Positions 48,752 to 62,560 of a stretch of DNA of 64,000 bases are shown here, in pieces. The notes beneath the pieces were generated by a model. That model did not search any database. It saw only the letters and a program-made list of their open reading frames with translations, and was not told where the DNA came from. The stretch spans positions 1 to 64,000 of the forward strand of contig JALMLS010000228.1 in the NCBI GenBank assembly GCA_038496445.1, written 5' to 3'. The stretch's first letter is position 1. Each line of letters opens with the position of its first letter. The translations under genes and the position numbers were made by a program. The stretch comes from Trichosphaerium sp. ATCC 40318. Taxonomy: Eukaryota; Protista; Tubulinea.

Positions 48752-50308
48752 TTAAATCTCCAATTCTCGCATGAGTTTCAGATCTTCTATAAATCAAAGT
48801 AAGTACTTGTCTCTTTTTTTCTTTTTTGTTTTTCGTAGAACATACCTAGATCCTTTTTGGCCAGACACGTTTCACTTCCAATAGCGTGAGATCTACTCCT
48901 TGATCGCATTGAACTAAAGTTTAAAAAAATTAGCACGTGACGCATGTAAGAATGGCGCTCTTTGCTCTTTTTTTTTTTTCTTGAATTTTGTTATGATAAC
49001 TTACACATTGGTTGAGGCGACTCTAGGTGGCTTTTGAATTACCCTATGGAATTAATTGTAAGTATCGGAAGAGACTGCCATAATTAATAAAAACTTCACA
49101 GTTTCTGTGTGAAAAGAATTTGTCTTTTTTCCGTCTTTGTTTGCTTATTAGTCTTTCGTACTTTGTAACTCCACTTGGGCTATGTGGTGCGCTTGCATAT
49201 CTTTTTCTTTTATTCTCTTCAACAATAGTTGCTTTCATCTGTAATTTACAGGTCTCTTGTGTTTCCATACACGTCACCTTGACCCAGTCCTTTTTATCTC
49301 TTATTTTAGATATTCGTTTGATGGTTGCCATGTAACGGTTTTTCTGAACAAACATTTAGCACATGAACAATTGAGCGACTAATTAAACTTTTGGATTTTT
49401 TTGATGAAAACGACGCTTCGCCACATGTGGGATTTTTTTTTTGTATTGTCGTGTATTATGCGTGAAAACGTGAATAATCGAGGCGAATTTCTTGTTTAAT
49501 AGTTTATGGTGGCTTGGGGCGTACCTCTGTTTTAAAATAGAGCGTCGCTTGTGTTCGCTTTCTCCATTTGACTCTCCTAAAAATCCAAATAGCTGCCTCG
49601 TTCTCAACACACTTTGCTTTATATGTCTTCCCTAGTATAATTTTAAACTCATCATTTGGGTAATAAAAGCAAAAAAATAGTTCTTGTTCCTAAATCACAA
49701 AGTCGTGGTGGAGGAAACAACTCGTTTACAGAGATGCATTGCAATGAGATTTATATTTTTTATCTTAAAATGACGACAATGAAGATTTTTTTATTTTCTT
49801 TTTTTTTTGCGTCTAGAACAACTTGACGAATAAAGAGATAGTTAAGTAGGTGCACGTACGTTCTGTTAGTAATGACACAGACTTTGTATTAAGATTTATA
49901 GACTCTGAAGATGGTAGTGCGTAGTCGCTTATAATTATTTTGTATGTGCTCATATTATTTATGACTTGTTGTTTCGATACAGTACTTCCTCTAGGTTTAA
50001 GCTTTTCTTTTTTTGCTTTTTTCTGAATAATACGCGAGACGTTTGTATCACGTGATGCGTAACGCAATGTTATTTTTTTTTTCTAAATCGCCACGGCATT
50101 AGAAGGCCAAAATCCGTATTTCGTAAACGTTGTGGCTGTCTCCGGGAAAGAGTTCCGGGTTTGCGCCACCATCGTGTATGCTGATTGCCGTCATATTGAG
50201 ACAACATAGTTCAGAGCGGTTAAGTGATTCACGGTTTTCTGAACACGCAGTAAACGCAGCAATATACACCGGAGCGTGGGGATGTATTAACATATGTGAG
50301 GAAGTCAT
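48752..50308 (-). CDS. Hypothetical basic multi-exon protein
   Basis: ORF 50099-50308 joins ORF 49813-50067 in frame through a GTTTAC..CTAAT..TTAG intron; further Lys/Arg-rich exons follow. No recognisable domain. Confidence 0.35.
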
Positions 50309-50653
50309 GGAACCAATTTTTGAAAAATTTTGTAAAGGTTGCAGTGGGTGGAACTTTGTGGTACGTTGCTGCTTACTACAGTTAATTAGAAGCTCTATAA
50401 AGTATTTACGACATTAAACGTTTTGCTTGCCTAAATTTGGTCCAAGCTTCTAACGATACAAGGTTACGGAGTTAAGTACTGTGGCATGATTTGAAGAGGA
50501 TACAATTATTTGAAGTTCTGATAGTAAGAGCATGGGTTTCGATGAAAGTGACGAGGTTCCGTAAATGTCATTCCAAAACAATTTCAAAATCGTTTCACCG
50601 GCGAGTGTTTGGCACATGCACAAATTTTATATTATGTTACAACTGTATTTCAG

Positions 50654-52413
50654 CTACACTTTTACAGTATCATTATTGTGATTAGTTGATACTGCCGCAG
50701 AATCATCTATTTCTATAGTATTACGCTTTAAAGAATTGGCACTATACGTAGATGCTGTAGGAGGTCTCATTGCCAAAGGTTTAAACGAGTACACCTTCAT
50801 AAATAGTTAACAAAAGATTACAACCCGAGATAAACAGATATTGCATACCTGCAAGAATGATAATGCCAATTGAGTTGCGTACAATAATCCCATACTAAGC
50901 GAAAGTTTAATGATACCTGTATCTCTATTTGTTGGAGGAATAGCAATGATGACAACACTCAACAGTAAGATTATTATCAGAACCACATTTGCAATCATTC
51001 TTATTCGGATCTAAAATACTGGATTACAATACACATAACTCCCTGACTGTCATACCGTATTAACAAGGTCTTTTGATTTATTAAACCCTGCATTTAGTCG
51101 TCTTTGTAACTAAGCATTGTATCAGACGGTTGGAAAGTACCTTAAGAAGATATTGCACGTACCTTAATGATAATAATTGTGCTGTAAATCAGTACGAATA
51201 AGTTTGCTGAAAAATTAAGTATGTGTGGAAAGTATCTAATCGCAGAGGGTGTTGTACTTGTAGCGAGTCTCCATGACGTAGATAAAAGTTCAACACCAAT
51301 TAATATGACAAATAGGATACCAAACAATACACGAAAGAGTGTTGACTTGAGGAACTTATGAACTTGAATAGAATGTGTTACTAATGTTTCATGCCTATTG
51401 AGAGATTGTTAGAACTTTGTTTGATACATGGTGTTATCGCACCAATACATTGTTATCATGATATTCGTTATTGTGGTAAATGGGGTACTGAACGTCAATA
51501 GAAAGTCGTCAACTTGGTGGTGATAGAACTGTCTGGAACCGAACAAATCCAAAATAGCAAAAAACTTGACTAGAATAGAAATTAGAGCTGCGACAAAGGA
51601 TGTTACTGTACGTGAGTTGGATAAAAGCTCTATACTTATGGCAATGACTGGTAGTGAGAAGGCGCAAGCTTTCACAGCAGAGAACTGAAACAACCTATTC
51701 TTCATTAAGACAAAATCTCGTTTGCTTTCTTTTCAATTTTTGTACCTGTACAAGCAAAGAGTGGTAGCAATCATACAAAATGTGATCAACAAGCACTGAA
51801 ATATTCCATATCCGATACCTTCGAAATACTCGGCACATAAGTTGTCACCTTTCATCGTGTTAAAAAAAAAATGAAATAATCACGTGATGAATGACGTACT
51901 TGGACTAATATCGATCATGATGGAAGTATTGTTGTCAAATACTCTTTCAACGTCCTTTGAATCAACTTCCACAACAGGTACATTGATATTTTTTGTGCCC
52001 TGTGCTAACATCGAATTAACACAAAATAGTATTCCGCCAAAACGTACAATACACAAAAAACATCGAGCATCCCAAACCGCTGTAACCAGCATACCACGCT
52101 ATAACCACAAACTTAACTCCAGGTCTCTTAGATACTTCCAAGAGGGTTCCAGGCGTGTAATCATCTTTTCGTATGAGTACAACCTCACCTTACGAAAGTG
52201 ATTAGATTTATTTTTACGGAGTTTTTTAAAAGTACCAATTTGATCGCTTGAAAAGTCAACCATAGACATGTTCCTATACGTTGAAGCGATCCTTGGACTG
52301 TTTCCGTAATATAGAGGAGCAGAACGAATTGTTGAACCACCCAAGTTACCTGTATGAATAGATACATCGCAAAATACAATAGATGTAAACGCAACAAACC
52401 AAAATAAAATCAT
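50654..52413 (-). CDS. Signal peptide + PA-like ectodomain + ~7 TM membrane protein (GPCR-like)
   Basis: MILFWFVAFTSIVFC; VVLIRKDD..VKFVVIA; VPVVEVDSKDVERV; followed by a series of hydrophobic exons. Confidence 0.6.
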
Positions 52414-53310
52414 AACGGGCTGTTACTAAATGAGTTGTATTTGGCTAAATAAAGTCAAAATACTTCTAGTATTTGTACAACATTACAAACTGTACGCAAC
52501 GTACTAAAAACAAGACTGGTGTAGTTTCAGCTATACCGGGAAAAAATTGGTTCCGCTAAGTACATGTGCGACAATCAAAAGTGACTCCTGTGTTAATTAG
52601 CCATTTGTAACGAACTCGGTGTTGATAACCACTAGGTTGTTCACAAATTATTTGGTCTCCTCCGTCTCGTATTTTAGTGTAGCAATAACGCGATTCGAAC
52701 ACTGTGTACATTGTATAGCTTGAACAAGTGTTGTTTGGTAAAGTTAGTGACCTGATTGATCACCAATTTTTCTACAGACATGCGTAGTGCTACTTAACTT
52801 CGTACGGTTTACATTGTTACTTTCATGATTGGAAAATACGTTCGTGTCAGCCGCTTGTGACTAACTGGGGACTATACAAGCATGGAGCTTCTTCACATAC
52901 ATGTATGTGCACGTGAAGTATTGTAAAAGTGCTACAACAGAGAACATGATTTTTAAGGAACGCACGGCGGGCAAATGCTATGGTGTCATGCAAACCAGTA
53001 GTGGTACATAATTCGATTAGTAAGTGTAATACGAGTAATCGGGTATACTATTTGTGACGTGTTTCTGAAGCGCGAAAACTATTCACGTTTTCTAATTAGG
53101 CAAACACTTTACATGATTAGAGCATAACATCACTGGTTACGTACGACATTGATAACACAGGTTTTGCTTAGTACTCACATGTACCACTAATGCTCCACAA
53201 CCCGAAGACACTTTTTCACTGAACTCGCTCCATTAAAGCACCACTACCCCCAATACTTTTGTGTTTCACAATAGGAGTACTTAATCCACTTGTACAATAA
53301 ATCAACGATA

Positions 53311-56300
53311 ATGCCAACACCACTAGTAACGGCTCTATACATTTGTCTAGTCACTTTCGTATTCTTCTCACATGCAACAACACAAAATACAATAACATCT
53401 TTATCAGAACTTTCGTCAGTATACTCAAACTGTGCTGTACTCGACGAAACACTAAATTATCGCCTCTATTGGTCCTTAAATGAAACACATATCAACATTG
53501 CTGTTAAAGCCGAAGTATCTGGTTGGATAGCTCTCGGTATAAGCCAGAATGGTCAAATGAACAGGTAAATAGATTTTGACTAAAATGCTTGATTGTGTAG
53601 AAATTAGACGCTTCTAATGTTTATCTAGCGGTGGAAGTCCAAGTTTTAGTGATATTATTCTGGGTTGGGTAGACGATAATGGAGATACTCATGTTGGTGA
53701 TTATTGGGTTGATCGATACCAGAAGCCTACATTAGACGATGAACAAAACATATTCGATATTGGTGGTTTTGAGACTTCAAATTCGCAACCAATTAGTGGC
53801 AATACCGACTCTATTACATCGACTGCTATTATGTTTACTCGTCGTTTATCCTCCTCTGATAGTAAAAGAGACGTTAGTATTGATCCAGAGAAACCACTGA
53901 AGATAATATGGGCTGTCAACAGCGCCTTCGATGCTACCTCCAAAAACGAAGTATACAGTTTTTTTTGCAGCACGTGATCTTTTACTTATCATTTTGTAGT
54001 ATTCTCGTCACGATTTTAGAGGTCCGAATGCTCCTGGTATAGATAGGATACTCGCTTCATGGGTATCAGATTGTCCGAAAGAGAAAACAATAGTTTCAAC
54101 GCGAGGCATTAACGAAACGTAAGTTGCTCCTTTTTTTGGTGTTACCACGTGCTTACGAAAAATAGCGCAATTAGAGAAGCAGTAAGAATGAATAACGGCC
54201 TCACCACGTATGTTAACAAAGGTCACTATTGCTTTGCAGTAACTATTTGGTAGACCTGATTGCACTGGATCTACAAGAACACTTTTGTCTGAGACCGACA
54301 CTTTTGCTTCTGTTAAAGCAACCTATTTAGAAGTGCGATTATTAGATCTTTGCAACTGTTGTTCGCTAACCAGTATGTCTTGAATAGGGTATAGCGTTTG
54401 TTAAGAAAGAAGGAAATGCTGTTGAGGTTACTACTGCTAATCCAGAGCACACAGCGATGTCAACAAAGACAAATCAAGAGCTTGATATTGTTATTAGCAA
54501 TCGTCTGAAGTCTCAGGCTTCTGACCAACTGTTTTCTATATTACCAATTCTACTACTCATGTTTGTCTTACACCCAACGAAGTATGTAAACCTGATGGTT
54601 ATAGTTATGGCTGTATCTTCGTTCTGCCTATCAAGTCAAGGTATGAAGCTAGGGCAAAAGGTGATTGCTAACTACAACATAGATTGCGTCGTTCTTTCAG
54701 TACCTGATTCAGTATGCAAAGTAGCTATCTCAGATATCAATGGTAATAACTCATTTAATGATTCGTTACACAGAGCTGACTTTACATAGGTGAAAGAACA
54801 TTAGAATTATGTGCGAATAAAGTAGAAGTACATGTTGAATCATCAGCTGATAGCATTGGAACACAAAACATTGTGAAAGGTAGCATGGATAGACTAAGTT
54901 CAGAATACTCTATACAGAGTTTAGAAAAGCAAGGCAATCTATGGATCGTATCGCTGTATATAACAAGTACTGAGAAAGATTTAAGGACGGGTACTAACAC
55001 AACTCATAGGTGAAGACGGAGTAGTTGATTTTGTGAGTAAGTCGCAAACAGGAAACGAGCATTTTATCAGTATGTCCGCAAAATATGTTGTAGTACCTGG
55101 ACTTGATAAATTCACTGTATCTCAGTGTAATTCTACAGAATACTGTAACGCAAAAGGAGCTTGCAGGTACGCTTCAACTCTTAAAACAAGGTAGGATGTA
55201 TGACTTATACTTTCTTAGGAACACAAATGATCCTTGTGACTGTGATACAGGATATGTAGGTGATAATTGCCAGTTCTCTTGCCCTGGGCGCTCTTGGGAT
55301 CCCTGCAGGTCTAACGGAGTTTGCACTGCTGACAACGATAAAGCTGGTAAGTTGATCGTGTTCAATCAAAAATTGTTTAGTTTTTTCACTTTCTATTTTA
55401 GTTTGTGTTTGTAAAGACGGGTTTGGAGGAGACAATTGCCAGTTCGAATGTCTAGGTAAAACTGGAAACAGTTATTGCTCAGGTTTGTGATTATCCAAGA
55501 ACTTTAAAAAAGTGTATGACATACACGTAGGTAACGGTATTTGTGATAAGTCAACCGGACAATGTGTTTGCACGAATCCTTGGGCTGGGAGCGATTGCTC
55601 TGCACATTGCCCTGGCTGCCGTATCATCGAGATAACGTAAGCTTAATTCAATAGCTATTAATACACAACTAAAGTGTTACGTTATAGAATGCCTCCTGAT
55701 GGACCACCAATAGAGAATGGAACGTCTTACTTCTGTCACAATAGTTTTTTTTCACTAAGCGGAAATTTATCGAAACACATTGGTACGGATTAATCCTGTA
55801 TGTGTTCATTTGTCTTAATGTATATTAGTGCGTATAGAAGCCATCATCGACAATAAGGAATTGGCACACCATTGCGTTGTACTTCGTAGAGGAGGCGGTA
55901 TTTTTGATTCTATTTTTGGCAAACCTCAATATGATCCTACAAAGCATTACTACAAGTGCTTTGACATGCCAGCTGAAATCTTACTCCCAATATCTGGATG
56001 GGCGAGTGGTGCAAATGACGTATCGCTTCCCAGAAATGTTGGTACGAAATCCACAACTACAGTACAACATGCGGCTAACTTTGGAAAAAAATAGGAACAG
56101 GCTTTGATATTCTATCAGATAATGATACAGTCGCTGCTATAATTCAGATGCACTATGATAACCCTGGGAACTTACAAGGACAGTACGATCAATCTGGTAT
56201 CAGGGTATTTATGACAGATGAGCTAAGGTAGCAAGCGAAATAGTTGAGTTTGTTTAACCCTATTTAAGACAATACAATTCTGGTATAATGGCCGCGTCAT

Positions 56301-57274
56301 TTAATTCAAAGCCCGGTCCAGAGGGTATTCTCAGAGTGCCACCTCAATCTACATGGGAATATACTAACTATTGTCCGCCCAGAGACCTTCAGGTACATAT
56401 AATACCTTCAAATCTCTTTCGTGGTTCTTCAACTTTTTAGTAAGTTAACTGTTACTAGATAATGTACTCTTGGCGAGTTATGATTGAAAGAACAGAAACA
56501 GAGAAAGGTATACCTACAACATTCTTAAGTCATAATGGTCACATGCACGAAATTGGAAAGAAATGGAAAAGCACAAAGCAAAAATGCGATTACACAACAG
56601 ATTTTAGTGTATGTGCAGACGAAGCCAATTGGTAATGAACCACGATTCTACGCTCAAAAGACTAAATAGACGTTAGGGTTGACACAGACATAATTGGAGA
56701 AGCTGATCCTTACGACTACAACGACCAAAAAACAGTTTTATTTAATGATGTATGGAACTCAAATGAAAGAATTAAAACACACTTTTTATGGGATGCTGAA
56801 GGAAAAGACACGTGGACATTCAACGGACCAGGTACATTCTCTCAATATCATCGCCTTGTTCATACATTTAAATTTATTAGCTTCAACTGACGAGATGGGA
56901 AGTGTTGCTTTTAGCTATTATCCAGCCTTTGATTATTTTGTTTGCATGAAAGGTTCTTTGAACTTACTAGGTCAATTCCCTTTTCTTGGTTTCATTTGCG
57001 GCACTTACTGCCACGATCCAAGGATAGAGGAAGCACCGTATTTTGGGTACACATTCAGAGATAAAATGGCTGAAATCTTACTTTGATGTTTAGATGGAAG
57101 CTCGAAAATCAAGGTTTAGCAGGTGGCTGTATTGCTAGCATTAACGAGACGTGTCCTGGTTGTTATGAAAAAGGTGGAGAAATGATGCACCCTGGTATTA
57201 CTTGTTTTGATGGTGGCCTAACTTCATTCTTAACTGGTGAACCTGCTGTATTTCCTACAAATCCAAAGAACTAG
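53311..57274 (+). CDS. DOMON + EGF-like repeats + copper type II ascorbate-dependent monooxygenase (DBH/MOXD1-like)
   Basis: DOMON YRLYW..GWIALGIS..M..DIILGWVD; EGF CSGNGICD..GQCVC..W.GSDC; Cu ligands AHHCVV, QMHYDNP, GHMHEIG, TDEM. Confidence 0.9.
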
Positions 57275-57945
57275 TCAACAGATTGTGTTTTCTTCAAAAT
57301 AATAAACAAACAATGTACAACAGATTATTAAGCCAATACCGTTTTTTGCTTCAATGGTTCAAAACTCGTTAAGATGGTTGATGTAAAATGAATATCATAA
57401 TATGTTGTGGTAGAAATATAGGACGTTTAGTGACAAATATTAAAGTACAACTTACGCATTTTTAGCAATTCTTGATTTTTTCGTCTTTTTAGCAGTCTTC
57501 GGAACATCTCCAAGGTACAAATATGCAATGCTTTGAACGATACAGCCCTTCTTTATCAATTGCAAGGTACCAAGAGCTGTAAGGGCACTCAAGAGAGTTC
57601 ACCGCTTATTCATAATTCAGGAATTATGCCAGAGTGACTCGAAATGAAGGTTCTAAACACACTAGACGAGTATCGTTGCGTATAATGCTACTGGTAATGT
57701 ACACATTTATAGTACACGTGCGCGATCACTTGTGAACATGCCTGAGAGGTTTATATATTAACAGATTGCGAAAGGTGGAAAATAACATAGCAACTGTTTT
57801 ACATGATTTAAAGTATTTCGTGAATATGTTTTGAGCTGAGTATTTTTTTCTTGTGCGCTAGTGCACTTAACCACTCACTCAGTTTATAATTATTACACAG
57901 CTTCAGTCGTTTAATTATGATTCAAATGTCAGATTGTTTATAATT

Positions 57946-58383
57946 GGCCTAACCCGTTTTGCAACTTCCTTTTACGGGATTTGACCTGAAATAACGCTAT
58001 TCTATTTTAACGTTTTGCCTACTTTTTAAAAGGCCACTCCTGATTTGTAGCACGTGTGTGACTTTCTGCTCTTATGGCCATGTTAAGTAATGCGCTTTGC
58101 ACGTTCACAAACTCGTCTTGACTCGTTTATCGAAATATGAGCATAGCTGCTATCGATCGTTTTTTTCAGCAGTAAATAAAGGCTGTATCCATTACTCTGA
58201 CTCAATTCCAATGAGTAGCTTGCAGAGTTGCTGGTACCTATGTTCACAAACCGTCCCGAAAAATCAGGCTTAGCGCTAGCACAAATGTAGCGTTATTTAG
58301 GTCAAATGCACGAACGTAGTCCTACGCAAAATAAAATACAGAACGTCATTATTTAGGCCTAATTCGTTTTGCAACTTCCTTTT
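57946..58383. repeat. Short direct and inverted repeats (degenerate element?)
   Basis: GGCCTAA(cc/tt)CGTTTTGCAACTTCCTTTT at 57946-57973 and 58356-58383; ATTTGACCT(g)AAATAACGCTA at 57979-57999 inverted at 58288-58307. Confidence 0.55.
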
Positions 58384-58704
58384 TGGAGGTAACACCTACT
58401 GTTTGAAACTCGTATATTAGTGAACAGCGTTTACGCACAAGCGAAGTACTCGAAAGTTAGCTAAATTTAAAGTAAAGCCTAGTCTATTGAGATACCCTAC
58501 GCATAGAAACAAAGACGAGATGTTTTAGAACGCTGAGGAACTACTTGACTCTTTTTTTTACGAACATGACCGCAAAAACACTGCTGAACAACATAGCCAC
58601 GAGAAGAGAGGAAAACCGAACTCATTCCGTGAAAAGCACCAGTAGTACCCCAACTGTAATTACTGTGTTCCACAAAAGCTTCAAAAACTGCTGTACATTC
58701 CAAG

Positions 58705-59520
58705 ATGACCACACTGCTCTCGTTCGTATTGTTTGGTGTTCTGACAGTGTACTGTATGGCACAAGATTCGTGCAAAGTGAATAGCTCCTTTGAAGATATT
58801 AAGAGCACTCTTGCGCAAATAAAGTTCCCACCAGCACGCGTAAACGGTAGTTTACCAGAGTACGAGAAAAAGCTTGCCAATCTCCTCAACAACTCTAAAA
58901 ATGGCGCATATATGTGGAAAAGCAAGTGTGGGAGCGATTTGGCTTCATTGATTGCGAAGGTTTCACAAGTTGGAAAAAATGTACAATTGTTGGAGAAAAT
59001 GTTGCAAGACGGTCCATTAAACGAAACTATGACAAAAACTGCTTTGGGATACTTTGAAGACAATATTTCTGACGTCATCAAGGCCTTCATTGCAGATGAC
59101 CTTGTCGAAAACGTGCAAAAAACTTGCGTGATGACGAGCGAATCTGTCTTGGAATGTGACGATAAACTCAGTTCGGAGGCCATAGTTCAAGAATCAAACT
59201 ACTGTCAACGCAACATGTCGCTGAAATGGTCAGATTATTGCAATAATCACCCTCTCCCAAACTTCCATTGCCCATGTGCAATTCACGGGGATCCTGATAT
59301 TGAAGATAGTTGGCATCATCTTTCACAGTTGTTGTTAAAAGTGTACGGATATTTTACCGAGAAAAAGAGTTGCATTAACACTGGGTTGATTAACTTCGTA
59401 ACACCCCATTGTACAACTGTTCAAGGGACCAAGGGTATAGCATGTATTAAAAGAGCTCTTAAAAGGATCATTCCTAGAGTAGAACAGAACATACAGGTAG
59501 CAAAGCTAGCAGAACAATGA
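58705..59520 (+). CDS. Intronless secreted cysteine-containing helical protein, 271 aa
   Basis: Signal peptide MTTLLSFVLFGVLTVYCMA; long ORF; no recognised family. Confidence 0.7.
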   Translation: MTTLLSFVLFGVLTVYCMAQDSCKVNSSFEDIKSTLAQIKFPPARVNGSLPEYEKKLANLLNNSKNGAYMWKSKCGSDLASLIAKVSQVGKNVQLLEKMLQDGPLNETMTKTALGYFEDNISDVIKAFIADDLVENVQKTCVMTSESVLECDDKLSSEAIVQESNYCQRNMSLKWSDYCNNHPLPNFHCPCAIHGDPDIEDSWHHLSQLLLKVYGYFTEKKSCINTGLINFVTPHCTTVQGTKGIACIKRALKRIIPRVEQNIQVAKLAEQ

Positions 59521-59721
59521 CGACTTATTGAAAACAATACGCAAAAAACATGTTGTACCTTAAGTTTGTTTACGTAATAAATGTTAAAGTACAACAGAGT
59601 AGTTAAATAATTTGACCTATAAGAATCATATTCATTTACAAGAGCGCGGCAAATAGTCAGCGAATGGAACTAAGTTGTTGCAACAAAAGTTTATTAAATG
59701 ATACATTTGTTGATTGATTGT

Positions 59722-60214
59722 TTAGTCAACTATTTCAGGTTCGTCTTCAACTTGCTGTGCACTATCTTCCCTTGCAATACGCTCAAATATCATATTTCTT
59801 AACCTCTCTTGGCCTTCAATAGCGAGCACCGGTCTACCATGTCTATCTACAAATAAAAAGTCAAAAAAAAGCTCGAGAATTCCTTGATTGAAAAAACGTC
59901 TATCACTCAAACTAAAAAACTCTCAAATACGATACCCGGTGTAACACCAACGCTTCCTGCGCCTCCACGCTCTGAACCTCTTCCTTGAGTTGCCAACGCA
60001 GTTTCTTTCTAGTAAAGACTAAGCGTTTGTTTAACTACAACATTGTAGGTACTTTTTCTGAGCCGTCGTCAGCGACGTTATAGCTGTCTTCTATTGTAAC
60101 TTCGTATCCACAAACTCCTTTGTTTCCTCTGTTATTTATTGTGTTCGTTGAGTTTTCTAGCATTCTTTGTTAGCTAGTATAAATGTGTATTGACTTACCA
60201 TTGTTGTTGGCCAT
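59722..60214 (-). CDS. Hypothetical small multi-exon protein
   Basis: Terminal ORF 59722-59910 with an acidic C-terminus and plausible upstream splice sites; model uncertain. Confidence 0.3.
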
Positions 60215-60853
60215 CGTTAGTAGTTGTTGCTTTCGTGTGAATCTATGTAATTTGAAAGTCAATAGGCTTCTGCCAACCGAAAAAAATACAATCCTGGAGT
60301 GATTGATTTTGTTACCAACCTCTTTTGCTGAATAAACATCTAGCTTCCAACATGAAAGCCCGATCTGTTGTTCTTTACTGTTGGTGTATTTTTAAGGAGT
60401 TAATGGCCTGTATAGGTTCGAGAGGCTTGAAAATGACAATGCAGATAGCTGAATTGTTATTTCTTCAAAAAGTAGAAAATCATCAGATTGCTATTCGTGT
60501 AATAATGTCTCGACAGAGTTTGTTGTACTTTTTCCATGACAGCATACAAGTAATGTAACAGTACCAATAAATAAGAGGTTCTCGAATAACAACGACAGAG
60601 GCAAGCCAAAAGAATATATTAAAAGAAAAATTACAACTTGTTACAAAAAGCAAGCTCCTCAGCAACGAAAATTGTACTTATAAGGTGTTGGGAGTATTAA
60701 ATACAGGCACGTAGTATATTATACTGTATTCTCAGGTACAGGGGCGTAAGCAGCGCTGATATTTGCCATAAGAAAACGTTTTGTGCTGTTTTGTTATATA
60801 TTATTTTATAATCTAGAACAGGTTGATGAGTTTTACTAAGTGGTCTTCACTAC

Positions 60854-62560
60854 TTACCAATATACTACTAAAAATTTGTTCCTCTTTTTCCACCTCTTGA
60901 AAGCTCGTTTATCATTGGCTGCAGGACTCGCTGAATCTTTTTTGAAAATCTATACGAAGTTATAAAACAGAAATACTCAAACATTATTTACCTTTGCTGC
61001 TGTATGTGAAGTTCCTACAACTCTCCAATCAACTTGATTTAACCACTTGTTCTTCTCTTCCTCGCTTGAACATGCAAAGTGTAATTTAGTGCCATCTTTC
61101 GTCTCAATAATGAAGCACAACTCTTTAAACTTTCTACAAAAGAAAGTTAGAAAAAATGGAATTTCGCTTTTTGTTTAATGTACTTTGGGTTTCCTAGATC
61201 CTCCATAGCTTCATATACATCATCTATTTCTCCTAGTTCAATCTCAATCTTAGGTTGTTGATCTGATTTCTTCTTTGATACACAAAACCGGAAGTTCGTG
61301 AGGGTAGCATGGAATTGTTTAAACTTAGAATTTCCAAGCATTAATAAAATGGAACCACTGTATCCTAACAAGCGACGTTAATTAACAATCACACTGTAAA
61401 AGCTTTACACGGGAAACCTATACAAAATTTCACGTTTTAAGGGCCTTAATACACGTATTTGACACGTGACAAAGCGTAAGAAATTGAAAGCTTTACTACA
61501 AAAAAAAATTGTGTACCACTTGTAGAGCTGACCATGGCTTTCTTAATAGAGTCGGACACCCAATCATATAAGCAACCCCAAGCAACTTTGTGTTCTTCAG
61601 TAAACTAGAAAAACATGACAAAGTCAGAAAACGGTAACAGTTTTTGGTTTTCCATACATCTGCTTTTCCAAGCAGCTTCGTGAATGTCTTCATTAAGCTT
61701 GTGTAATGGATTCTAAAATGATCTGGTTTTACACCGTATATCTGATGTCGTGTACCAAGACCTTTTACAATATGTTGGAATTCAAGCGGTTTATTTATAG
61801 CCGACACAAGAACACCCAACATGCCTCCAAAAGCACGTGCGATAGACAACTAGCAAATAAAAAATAAGACACAAAAAACAACGAAGTCTGTTTTGGGATT
61901 TTTCTTCTTCCCCAGGAGTTAACGTACCAAATCTGAACCAAATAAACGCTTTGATCCAGGCGCTAAACGAAACATTCGTTCATAAACTTGCCTAAAAATA
62001 CATATTCAGACATATGGAAAAAACAAAAGGTAACTACTGCAAATACGTGACTTCCAAAACAAAACGTACTTAGCCATCTCAGACATGCTTCCTGTTTCGG
62101 TATCTGTTATTTTTTTCCACGTATCATTTATTAGATTTCTTTGCATAGGCGTGAAAGGGTACGCGTCCGGAAAAGCTTCTAAAAAAGCACGTGATTAGCA
62201 AAAAAAAAGCCACGGATTTTCCAACAAAACCATTTTTGTGAAAAAAAATCACTTGCGGCGCTATCAGCGCTATCCACTACTATTTAAACTCATATACGTA
62301 CCTTCGCGCATAGAGGCGTTCGAATCTTCAGAGCTTGAGCTTATGAGACTTGTACCTGAAAGTTTTTCTAGCGATTGTTTTGAACGAGATGCACTGCTTC
62401 TTGCTGAAACCCTACGGTTCTGCGCTTTACCATTCGAGTGATTTTTCGCTTGTTTAAAGCGTGAAATTAACGCTACTATTTCTCTTTCGTATAATAAGGG
62501 AAGGTTCAGTCTCTCCAAGTTTTTAGGTTCTGAGAGTCTACGACACAGATTGTCAGAATA
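60854..62560 (-). CDS. Globin domain fused to a C-terminal PH domain (5' end unresolved, probably further upstream)
   Basis: FTPMQRNLINDTWKKI, QVYERMFRLAPGSKRLF (B10 Tyr, CD1 Phe), KGLGTRHQIYGVKPDHF (F8 His), FTEEHKVAWGCLY; then PH-like GYSGSILL..FKQFHATL..CFIIET..LHFACSSEEEKNKWL. Confidence 0.85.

Noticed and set aside
50087-50321. GC-rich (~49%) segment with many possible helices, suggestive of RNase P/MRP, SRP or an snRNA
   Set aside because: Conserved boxes are not in the right order for any of these RNAs. The minus-strand ORF 50099-50308 splices in frame to the next exon through a normal intron, so it is better explained as a first coding exon.
58497-59183. 228-aa minus-strand ORF
   Set aside because: Antisense shadow of the signal-peptide-bearing ORF 58705-59520.
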